Below, piece after piece: positions 25,922 through 33,507 of a stretch of 40,000 bases of DNA (its first letter is position 1; every line of letters starts with the position of its first letter). A program made the translations under genes and the position numbers. The DNA lies in the NCBI GenBank assembly GCA_963830135.1, contig CAWHKY010000002.1, positions 1,056,872 to 1,096,871 of the forward strand, in the 5' to 3' direction. Source of the stretch: an uncultured Solirubrobacterales bacterium. Lineage in GTDB: Bacteria > Actinomycetota > Thermoleophilia > Solirubrobacterales > 70-9. The notes beneath the pieces were generated by a model. That model worked only from the letters and a program-made list of their open reading frames with translations, made no database searches and was not told the origin of the DNA.

Positions 25922-27357
25922 CAGCGATCCACGCAGGCGTAGCAGAGCTCGAAGCTCTTGTTGATCAGCGGGAAGTCGGGCAGCAAGTTGCCGGCGGTGG
26001 CCTCGGCGAGCGCCGGCCAGTTGGCGTAGGAGCCGGTCCGCAACCGCAGACGGGCGACGCGGCCCCGGTCGGCCTCGACTACGCAGACGGTCTCCCCACG
26101 CGGGCTCTCGACCCGGCCCACTCCGATCGCGGCGACCGACCCTGCCGCGAGCGCCGGAGGGGCCTCGATCGGCTCCGAGAGGAGGTCGTCGAGGATTGCG
26201 AAGCTCACGCCCAACTCGATCGCCCGCACGGCGAGCCGCGCCGCGACGTCGCCCGTCCTCGCCGTCGGCATGGAAACGGGGAACGAAGATCCGTACCAAA
26301 GCCCGGCGCTGTCGCTGCGCGTGTCCTCTTCCAACCCAGAGGCCCGCGCCGCCGGCCCGACGGCGCCGAGGCGAATCGCCGAGTCGCGATCGAGCACCCC
26401 GACGGCGCCGAGGCGAGCCTGGACCGAGGCGGCGAAACGGACCTCCCGCCAGACCCGCTCCGAGTCATCGGCCAGCTCCTGGAGCCGGCCACGCAGCTGC
26501 CTTGCCTGCTGGGCGCCGAGCGTCAAACGGCCGGACCCGACCTCGACCGAGCCGAACAGGAAGCGGTGGCCGGTCGTTGCCAGATTCAGTCGCATCGCCC
26601 GCTCCTTCAGCGCCGCGAAGGCCATGTTGCCGGTCGCGAACCCGATCCCGGCGCAGGCGGCGCCGAGATCGTTGAGATGGTTGTAGAGGCGCTCCAGCTC
26701 GAGCAGCAGGGTGCGGGCGCGGCGCAGTTCGCGCGGCGGCTCCATCCCCAGCAGCTGCTCGCAGGCCTGTGCGTAGGCCACCGCGTTCGTTACCGCGCAG
26801 GCTCCGCAGCCGCGCTGGGCGAAGGCCAAGCCATCGTCCAGCTCCCGTCCCTCGGCAGCGCGCTCGAGGCCGCGGCGCTTGTAGAAGAGCTTCGGGTCGA
26901 GGTGGAGGATTCGCTCGCCAACGACGTGGAAACGGAAGTGGCCGGACTCGATCACCCCGGCGTGGACGGGCCCGACCGCGACCTGGTTGACCCCCGAGCC
27001 CTCGACCGGAGTGGTCCAGGCGGCGGTCTCGGCGCTGTGGTCGAGCAGCGGCCGGATCGGGTCGTGGCCCGGGAATCCGAGGCCGTACAGATCGTGGGCC
27101 TCGCGCTCGTCCCACTGCGCCGCGGGGACGAGGTCGACGATCGACTCCGGCCCCTCGCCCTCGACCCTGGTGTTGAGTACGCGCGTCTCCGAGCCGTGGG
27201 CGAAGAGGGCGCTCCAGCGCAACTCGCCGGCGGTACCACCGGCGTGGGCGCCGCAGAAGCGCCCACCCTCGCCGAGTTCCCGCAGGCACTGCTCGCGCCA
27301 GCGCGATGGCTCGACCGCGATCGCCTGGACCTCCCGTCGCCGAATCGGTGCGGGCAC
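25921..27357 (-). CDS. hycE: group 4 [NiFe]-hydrogenase large subunit, NuoC-NuoD-type fusion (HycE/Rv0087-like)
   Basis: 478 aa. The N-terminal NuoC-like part has WDEREAHDLYGLGFPGHD. The NuoD/large-subunit part has GPVHAGVIESGHFRF. Both Ni-Fe ligand pairs are present: RGCGAC near the start of the domain and ELCYACVDR at the extreme C-terminus. The start is GTG. Confidence 0.9.
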   Translation of the reverse strand: MPAPIRRREVQAIAVEPSRWREQCLRELGEGGRFCGAHAGGTAGELRWSALFAHGSETRVLNTRVEGEGPESIVDLVPAAQWDEREAHDLYGLGFPGHDPIRPLLDHSAETAAWTTPVEGSGVNQVAVGPVHAGVIESGHFRFHVVGERILHLDPKLFYKRRGLERAAEGRELDDGLAFAQRGCGACAVTNAVAYAQACEQLLGMEPPRELRRARTLLLELERLYNHLNDLGAACAGIGFATGNMAFAALKERAMRLNLATTGHRFLFGSVEVGSGRLTLGAQQARQLRGRLQELADDSERVWREVRFAASVQARLGAVGVLDRDSAIRLGAVGPAARASGLEEDTRSDSAGLWYGSSFPVSMPTARTGDVAARLAVRAIELGVSFAILDDLLSEPIEAPPALAAGSVAAIGVGRVESPRGETVCVVEADRGRVARLRLRTGSYANWPALAEATAGNLLPDFPLINKSFELCYACVDR

Positions 27358-27370
27358 ACCGCGCCCCGGC

Positions 27371-27505
27371 TCACGAGCTTCCCCCGGTCAGCGCCGCGAC
27401 GATCCCCGAGTCCGGCAGCGCGTATGCAGCGGCGGTCAGCGCCAGCAGCGCCGCGGTCGCCGCCCCAGCGAGCAACGACACGGTCCGGGCCGAGCGCGGA
27501 CTCAA
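27371..27505 (-). CDS. candidate 36-44-aa single-pass membrane peptide between hycQ and hycE
   Basis: TTG 27505 overlaps the hycQ stop (TTGA). An alternative GTG lies at 27481. The product is (LSPRSART)VSLLAGAATAALLALTAAAYALPDSGIVAALTGGSS, with strong third-position GC. It fills an otherwise unexplained 145-nt gap in a tightly overlapping operon. Confidence 0.35.
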   Translation of the reverse strand: MSPRSARTVSLLAGAATAALLALTAAAYALPDSGIVAALTGGSS

Positions 27506-28848
27506 GCGACTCCCCCGCCCGCGCTCTCGCCAAGCAACCCCTCGATCAGCGCCTGGGCGAGACCGATGAAGCCAAGTGCGAGCAGGACGGCGGCGAGGGT
27601 GGAGGCACCGAGCAGGCCGGCTTCCATCCCGCCCAACAGGATCATCAGCTCGGAGACGAAGAGCGGCGACGGCGGCAGGCCGGCGAGCGAGAACAGGCTG
27701 ACAGTCATCGCCGTCGCGGTCGCGGGGTTGGACCGGGCGACACCACGCGGGGGCAGCTCCGCGGCGGCCGGATCCTGGCGCAACAGAGGGATGGCGGCAT
27801 AGAAGCCGAGCGCCTTGGCGATTCCGTGGCCGGCGACGTGGAGGACGACGCCGGCGATCGCCAGCGGCGTGCCGAAGCCGATCCCGAGGGCGAGGATCCC
27901 CATGTGCTCGAGGCTGGAGTAGGCGAGCAGTCGCTTCCACGGTAGCGGCCGCCAGAGGAAGGGAATGGCGATCGCCAGCGAGATGAGGCCGAAGCCGACG
28001 AACAGCTCCTGGACGACGCTGCCACCGAGCGAAGGTTCCAGCGCCAGCTTGGCTCGCCAGGCGATCAGCATCACCGTCGGCAGCAGCGCTGCCGAGAGCA
28101 TCGCGCTGATCGGCGGCGGCGCCTCACTGTGGGCGTCGGGCAGCCAGTTGTGGACCGGCGCCCAGCCGATCTTGCTCGCCAGGCCGACGACGATCAGGAC
28201 GAAGGCGACCAACGTCGTCTGCTCCGGCAGCGCGCCGTCGTCGGCGAGGGCGCTCCAGTCGAGTCGCGCCAGCCCGCCTCCCGCCCCATCCGCGGCGACG
28301 TAGAGGATGACGATTCCGAGCAGGGCGATCGCCAGCCCCAAGGTAGTCAAGACGAGGTACTTCCAGCCTGCCTCGAGGGCGCTGCGTTTGCCGCTGAAGG
28401 CGACGAGCAGCGCCGAGGCAGCAGTCGTCGCCTCGATCAGGACCCAGGCAAGGGCGAGATTGGCAACCAGTGGCAGGGCGAGCAGCGTCACCCAGAAGAG
28501 GTTGAAGGCCGCGTAGTAGGCGGCGTGCGAGCGCCGGGCGCTGAGCCAGCCGCGGCCGGCGTGGCGCAGATAGGCGGGTGAGACGATGGCGCTCGCCAGG
28601 CCGATCACGGCGACGAGGGCGAGGAAGACCCCGGAGGCCGCGTCGACCAGGTACCAGCCCCCCGTCGCCGCTTCCCCCGGCGCCGCAAGGAGGGCGATCG
28701 CCGCCAGGGTCGAGGCCAGCGCCGCGGTCAGGACCGAGGTCGCGAGGTTAAGCCGATCGGCGCCGCGCGCGGTCGGCATCAGCCCCGTCGCCGCCGCGGA
28801 GAGCAGCGGCACGGCGAGGACCGCGAGGATCAGAGCCCGGTCAGTCAC
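27502..28848 (-). CDS. hycQ: antiporter-like membrane subunit (NuoN/NuoM, HyfF/HycQ-like, Rv0086-like)
   Basis: 448 aa, polytopic, with the proton-conducting-transporter core (KIGWAPVHNWLPDAHSEAPPPISAMLSAALL, LLAYSSLEHMG). The start is GTG. Confidence 0.85.
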   Translation of the reverse strand: MTDRALILAVLAVPLLSAAATGLMPTARGADRLNLATSVLTAALASTLAAIALLAAPGEAATGGWYLVDAASGVFLALVAVIGLASAIVSPAYLRHAGRGWLSARRSHAAYYAAFNLFWVTLLALPLVANLALAWVLIEATTAASALLVAFSGKRSALEAGWKYLVLTTLGLAIALLGIVILYVAADGAGGGLARLDWSALADDGALPEQTTLVAFVLIVVGLASKIGWAPVHNWLPDAHSEAPPPISAMLSAALLPTVMLIAWRAKLALEPSLGGSVVQELFVGFGLISLAIAIPFLWRPLPWKRLLAYSSLEHMGILALGIGFGTPLAIAGVVLHVAGHGIAKALGFYAAIPLLRQDPAAAELPPRGVARSNPATATAMTVSLFSLAGLPPSPLFVSELMILLGGMEAGLLGASTLAAVLLALGFIGLAQALIEGLLGESAGGGVA

Positions 28849-29455
28849 GCAGGACCTTCAGCAGGTCGGTGTCGCCGCTGCCGACCTCGGCGTGAATCTT
28901 TGCCGCGAAGGCGACAGCGACGGTGATCACCAGCGCCAGGTCGAACACCGCTCCGAGCTCGATCGCGAACGGGATCCCGCCCTGCACGGAGACGGCGAGG
29001 AGGTAGACGCCGTTCTCGGCGACGAGGATCCCCAGCAATTGAACCAAGGCCGGCTTGCGCATGATCACGATCGCGATGCCGAGGCAGAGCAGGACGATCG
29101 CACCGTGCTCGGCGGCCGCGTCGCCGAGGCCGAGGGGCGGCACCGACGCCACGGCGACCAGCGAGATGACCGCGGCCACCAGCAGCCGCACGACGACGGT
29201 GGTCGCCGGAGTCACGGGGCCCGGCTCCGGGGTGCGACGGCGGGTCAGGGCCAGCAGCGCCGGCATCGCGACGGCACGAACGATGAGGATCGCCCCGGCG
29301 ACGACCATGCCCGAACCCGGCTCCGCCAGCGTCAGCGCCGCGACGCCGAGCAGTAGGGACTGGGCGGCGAGCAGCCAGAGCGCGAGGCTGCGCCGCCGCA
29401 CCAGCATCACCCCGAAGCCGAGCCCGACCAGGACCGCGATCGTCGCCGTGTTCAT
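28841..29455 (-). CDS. hycP: hydrogenase-4 component E-like membrane subunit (HyfE/HycP, Rv0085-like)
   Basis: 204 aa from ATG 29455, which forms an ATGA overlap with the hycD stop. It resembles E. coli HyfE in layout (LVAENGVYLLAV...ELGAVFDL...KIHAEVGSGDTDLLKVLRD). Confidence 0.8.
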   Translation of the reverse strand: MNTATIAVLVGLGFGVMLVRRRSLALWLLAAQSLLLGVAALTLAEPGSGMVVAGAILIVRAVAMPALLALTRRRTPEPGPVTPATTVVVRLLVAAVISLVAVASVPPLGLGDAAAEHGAIVLLCLGIAIVIMRKPALVQLLGILVAENGVYLLAVSVQGGIPFAIELGAVFDLALVITVAVAFAAKIHAEVGSGDTDLLKVLRD

Positions 29456-30373
29456 GCCACTCCCCCGGCCAACCAGGCCGCCAGTCCGACCAGGGCGAGC
29501 AGGCAGCCGCCGGCGAGCAGCGCCGGCACCCGCAGGATCCGCATCTTCGCCTGCGCCGTCTCGGTCAGCGCCAGGCCCAGACAGAGCAGCGCCAGCCCGA
29601 CCGCGAGCGCGAGCAGCTGGGGACCGAACCCACCCCAGTGAGGCAGGAAGAGCTCGGCCGCGATGACGAGCACTACCCAGTGGCGGGCGGCAGCGCTCCA
29701 CTGCAACAGGGCGAGGTCGCGACCGGCGTACTCGAGCAGTGGCCCCTCGTGGATCATCGTCAGCTCGAGGTGGGTGTCGGGGTTGTCGATCGGCTGGCGC
29801 CCGGTCTCGGCAAGGAGGACGAGGCCGAAGGCGAGCGCCCCGCACCAGTGGCCTGCCTCGCTCCAGATCGCCGAGCCGTTGGCGGCGACGCTCATCGCCG
29901 CGAGACCGGTGCTGCCCGCAGGAAGCGCGGCGAGCAGGAGCGCCAGCATCAGCAGCGCCTCCGCCGCGACCGCCAGAGTCAGGTCGCGACTGGCGCCCAT
30001 CAGGGCGAAACCCGAGCCGGTGTCCCAGCTCGCGGCGGCAAGCGCGAAACGGCCGAGCGCGAAGAGGCCGACAAGGACCAGCGCGTCGTCTCCCAGTCCC
30101 CAATCCGGTGCGATCCCGCCGATCGGGATCAGCAGCAACACCAGCCCCGTCGCGGCGGCGACTACGCAGGGGGCGAGCCGGTACACGACGGTGCTCGGCT
30201 GCGGGTCGGCGAGGGACTCTTCCCCAGAGCTTGCGCAGATCGCGGTAGGGCTGCAGCGGCGAGGGTCCGCGGCGCCCCTGCAGGCGCGCCTTCAGGGACT
30301 GGATCGCACCCGGCAGCAGCGGCGCCAGGACGATGCCACCGCAGATCTGGATCGCGGCCGCCAGGGCGATCAT
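29452..30373 (-). pseudogene. hycD: NuoH/HycD-like membrane subunit (Rv0084-like) interrupted by an apparent +1 frameshift at a G4 run
   Basis: The N-terminus runs from ATG 30373: MIALAAAIQICGGIVLAPLLPGAIQSLKARLQGRRGPSPLQPYRDLRKLWG. The continuation (E)ESLADPQPSTVVYRLAPCVVAA...IDNPDTHLELTMIHEGPLLEYAGRD... lies in the next frame (track ORF 29452..30186). The switch is at minus-strand TGGGGAAG (plus 30219-30226). The span is 922 nt, which is 3n+1. Confidence 0.8.
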
Positions 30374-32319
30374 CCGATCACCCCCGTGCGAACCAGGACG
30401 AGCGCCACCAGCAGCAGCGCCAGCAGGTAGCCGGCGTAGGCGCGGACGCTGCCGGACTGGATCCGCCTGGCGATCCGGGCGAGAGCCTGGGCCGCCCGCC
30501 AGGCCGGCCCGTAGAGCGCGGTGTCGAAGAGGTGCGGGATCTCGCCCCGGTAGCCGACCGACCGCACCAGCCCGTGGCGGCGGACGGTGGTGACCTCCCG
30601 GCTCGGCCGCAGGGCACCCTCGAGCACGAGGTGCAGCGGCTTGATGAAGCCCGCCGAGGTCCAGCCCAGCGCCGGCTCGACCCGCTGCCCAGAGACCCAG
30701 GCCGGGACCGGGGCGCTACGGCGCGACCCACGCAGGAACCACAGCCCCGCGGTCAGCGCGAGGAGCCCGAGCAAGAGCCAAGGCGAGGGCAGCGAGCCGG
30801 TGCCGGGGATGCTCAGCCCCGGCTCAGCGTCCAGCGCGTCCGGTTGCGGAGAGAGGTTGACCAGCGTCGGCAGCAGCAGGCCGGGGACGGCGCCGAGGGC
30901 CAGGCAGCAGGCGGCGAGGAGGACCGGCGCCACCCGCATCCCGCCCGAGACCTCGCGCGCCGCGGCGGCCTCGGGCCGGCGCGGCGCGCCGAGCAGCACC
31001 AGCCCGCTCGCCTTGACGAAGGCGAACGCCGCCAGCGCCGCGGTCGCCGCCAGACCGGCGGCGGCCACGGCGGCGGCCAGGCCGATCCCGAGCGAGGGCC
31101 CGAAGGCCGCGTGGACGAGCGCCTGGAGGGTGAGCCACTCGGAAGCGAAGCCGTTCAGCGGCGGCACCCCGGCGATCGCCAACGCCCCGACCAGGAAGGC
31201 CCCCCCGGTCCACGGCATCCTCCGCAGCAGGCCGCCGATGCGGTCGAGGTCGAGCGAGCCGACCGCGCGCTCGAAGCTGCCGGCGGCGAGGAAGAGCAGG
31301 GACTTGAAGACGGCGTGGTTGAGGACGTGGAGCAGCGCCGCGGCGAAGGCGATGCCGGCCCAGGTCCCGTCCCCCTCGGCCGCGAAGACCAGCGCGGCGC
31401 CGAGCCCGAGGGCGACGATTCCGACGTTCTCGATCGAGGAGAAGGCGAGCAGGCGTTTGAGGTCGCTCTGGGTCAGCGCATAGAGGGCCCCGCCCAGGGC
31501 CGAGAGCAGCCCCAGGGCGAGGAGCGTGAGGCCGACCCAGAGCGGCACCGGCGCGGCCCACTCGAAGAGCACCCGGATCAGCCCGTACAGCGCCACCTTG
31601 ACCATCACCCCCGACATCAGCGCCGAAACGTGACTCGGGGCGACCGGGTGGGCGCGCGGCAACCAGGCGTGCAGCGGCATCAGCCCGGCCTTGGTGCCGA
31701 AGCCGACCAGGGCGGAGACGATCACCAGCGCCTGCGCCCCGCTCCCCTGGGCGAGCAGCGCGCCGGGGTCGGCGAGGGCCCCATAGTGGGCCAACGCCAA
31801 GAGACAGATCCAGACGCCGGCGCCGCCGAGGTGGGTCACCGCCAGGTAGACGAAGACCGCGTGGCGGACCGGGGCATCGCTAAGCCGAGCCAGGATCGCC
31901 GCCGCGGGCGCCAGCGTCATCAACTCCCAGCCGGCGAGGAAGGTGGTCGGATCGCGGGCGGTTACGACCAGCGCGAGGGAGAAGAGGAAGAGCCCGCAGA
32001 GCGCGGCCAGCAGACGCTCATGGGGTGCGCCGTCGAGGTAGTCGCGGGCGAATAGCAGCGAGGGCACCGCAACCACGGCGATCGTCACCAGGAAGAACCC
32101 GGTCAGCCCGTCGATTCCCAGGCAGGGGCTGAGCCCGTCGTGGAATCCCGCTCCGAGCGCCGCCGCGCCGAAGAGGACGAGGGCGCCGGCAATCCCGACC
32201 AGCGCGACCCCCATCCACTGCATGACCAGGGCGTCCCGCCCCGGGCGCAGCGCCGGGGCGAGCGTGCCGGCCAGCAGCAGCGCCGCTCCGGCCGTGGCCA
32301 GCCAGTCCAGCCCGCTCAA
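30370..32319 (-). CDS. hyfB: NuoL-like antiporter-type membrane subunit (HyfB/HycC, Rv0083-like)
   Basis: 649 aa with GTKAGLMPLHAWLPRAHPVAPSHVSALMSGVMVK and LLAFSSIENVG. The C-terminal extension ends in IQSGSVRAYAGYLLALLLV, as in HyfB/HycC. The start is TTG. Confidence 0.9.
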   Translation of the reverse strand: MSGLDWLATAGAALLLAGTLAPALRPGRDALVMQWMGVALVGIAGALVLFGAAALGAGFHDGLSPCLGIDGLTGFFLVTIAVVAVPSLLFARDYLDGAPHERLLAALCGLFLFSLALVVTARDPTTFLAGWELMTLAPAAAILARLSDAPVRHAVFVYLAVTHLGGAGVWICLLALAHYGALADPGALLAQGSGAQALVIVSALVGFGTKAGLMPLHAWLPRAHPVAPSHVSALMSGVMVKVALYGLIRVLFEWAAPVPLWVGLTLLALGLLSALGGALYALTQSDLKRLLAFSSIENVGIVALGLGAALVFAAEGDGTWAGIAFAAALLHVLNHAVFKSLLFLAAGSFERAVGSLDLDRIGGLLRRMPWTGGAFLVGALAIAGVPPLNGFASEWLTLQALVHAAFGPSLGIGLAAAVAAAGLAATAALAAFAFVKASGLVLLGAPRRPEAAAAREVSGGMRVAPVLLAACCLALGAVPGLLLPTLVNLSPQPDALDAEPGLSIPGTGSLPSPWLLLGLLALTAGLWFLRGSRRSAPVPAWVSGQRVEPALGWTSAGFIKPLHLVLEGALRPSREVTTVRRHGLVRSVGYRGEIPHLFDTALYGPAWRAAQALARIARRIQSGSVRAYAGYLLALLLVALVLVRTGVIG

Positions 32320-32335
32320 CCGGGGAACCCGATCG

Positions 32336-32725
32336 CTACCGGGACTTCGCGGCGGCCCTGCTGGGCCTCGTCGCCGAGTCGCCCAGCTCCCCGAGCAGAG
32401 CGTTGGTTTCCTCCAGGCGGGAGCCGATCACCTGGCGGGCGCTCTCCAGCATCTGGAATATGCGCGGGTCGCGGACCCGGTAGTAGACGCTGGTCCCCTC
32501 CTTGCGCGCCTCAAGGATCCCCTGGCGACGCATCGCCCCGAGGTGCTGCGAAGTGCCGCTGGAGTCGATCCCCAACTCGGCCTGCAGGTCCCCCACCGTC
32601 ATCTCGCCGCCCTTCAGCAACTCCAGGACCCGGACCCGGGCCGGGTGCCCGAGGATGCGGAAGAACTCGGCCTTGATCTGGTGGATTGGCGTTACCGGCC
32701 CCGTCTCGTTCCTCGCTGTGACCAT
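32336..32725 (-). CDS. ArsR/SmtB-family transcriptional regulator, Rv0081-like
   Basis: 129 aa. IKAEFFRILGHPARVRVLELLKGGEMTVGDLQAELGIDSSGTSQHLGAMRRQGILEARKEGTSVYYRV is a winged HTH. It closely resembles my recollection of M. tuberculosis Rv0081 (KLKAEFFKTLAHPARIRILELL...). It ends 17 nt upstream of hyfB. Confidence 0.85.
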   Translation of the reverse strand: MVTARNETGPVTPIHQIKAEFFRILGHPARVRVLELLKGGEMTVGDLQAELGIDSSGTSQHLGAMRRQGILEARKEGTSVYYRVRDPRIFQMLESARQVIGSRLEETNALLGELGDSATRPSRAAAKSR

Positions 32726-32740
32726 CGTGCGAGACAGTAT

Positions 32741-32760
32741 ATCTTAAAAGAACTTAAGAT
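32741..32760. promoter_or_regulatory. 7-6-7 inverted repeat ATCTTAA-aagaac-TTAAGAT overlapping a TATACT -10-like box upstream of the arsR-like gene
   Basis: Read directly. The AT-rich patch is an outlier in a ~70% GC context. On the minus strand it reads ...TTAAGATATACTgtctcgcacgATG. Confidence 0.4.
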
Positions 32761-32913
32761 TATGCGACGTACAACATCTTGAAGCGGAGAAGCCGATGCC
32801 GACGAGTGAACAGATCACCGCCGGCCTAACGAGCATCGCCGCGAGCCGGCGGGTCACACCCTCGGGGTTACGGGACACCTTTCTCTGCGACGAGAGTTAG
32901 CGCCACCGCACCG

Positions 32914-32942
32914 TTGACAGCCCCAGGGGGGCGACGTACATT
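32914..32942 (+). promoter_or_regulatory. near-consensus sigma-70-type promoter TTGACA-17 nt-TACATT
   Basis: TTGACA (32914-32919), exactly 17 nt of spacer, then TACATT (32937-32942). It lies about 75 nt upstream of the VOC gene start. Confidence 0.5.
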
Positions 32943-33017
32943 CATTCGCGCCTGTTCTCGTCCGACTCGGCGCTGCCCGCTGTGGCCCGACGCCAAACGA
33001 GTCAGGAGGGTGAATTC

Positions 33018-33461
33018 GTGGAGATGAAACTTGAGGTTGTGGTGGTACCGGTCTCCGATGTCGACCGAGCGAAGAAGTTCTATGAATCGTTGGGCTTCCG
33101 GATGGACATCGACTACATCGACGGCGAGGACTTCCGGGTGGTGCAGTTCACTCCACCGGGGTCGGAATGCTCGATCATCCTCGGCAGCGGCATCACCTCG
33201 GCGGCGCCGGGATCCCTCGACGGACTGCAGCTGGTCGTGCGCGACATCGAGGCGGCGCGCGAGGAACTTGCCGGCCGCGGCGTCGAGATCAGCGAGGCGT
33301 TTCACGACGCCGGCGGGATCTTCCACCATGCCGGTGAGAAGGCGCGGGTCAGCGGCCCCGATCCCGAGCGCGGTGACTACGGCTCGTTCGTCTCCTTCAG
33401 CGACCCGGATGGCAACTGCTGGTTCGTGCAGGAGGTGAAAGTCCGGGCGCCCGGCCGGTGA
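33018..33461 (+). CDS. glyoxalase/bleomycin-resistance (VOC) family protein
   Basis: GTG 33018 lies 7 nt after AGGAGGG. VEMKLEVVVVPVSDVDRAKKFYESLGFRMD...FSDPDGNCWFVQE is a typical VOC fold signature. Confidence 0.8.
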   Translation: MEMKLEVVVVPVSDVDRAKKFYESLGFRMDIDYIDGEDFRVVQFTPPGSECSIILGSGITSAAPGSLDGLQLVVRDIEAAREELAGRGVEISEAFHDAGGIFHHAGEKARVSGPDPERGDYGSFVSFSDPDGNCWFVQEVKVRAPGR

Positions 33462-33507
33462 AGGTGGGACGAGGTCTCCAGCGGCACCTGGTAGGAGAGC
33501 GCTCGGG

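Noticed and set aside
25732-27945. 737-aa plus-strand ORF across the hydrogenase large-subunit region (similarly 29638..32055, 805 aa)
   Set aside because: Both are antisense to genes with unambiguous hydrogenase and antiporter motifs, and their products are Arg/Gly/Glu/Asp-rich shadows.
32796-32897. 33-codon ORF (MPTSEQITAGLTSIAASRRVTPSGLRDTFLCDES) after a GGAGAA motif between the arsR-like promoter and the VOC gene promoter
   Set aside because: It is too short, has no recognisable motif, and conservation cannot be assessed here. It is kept only as a note.
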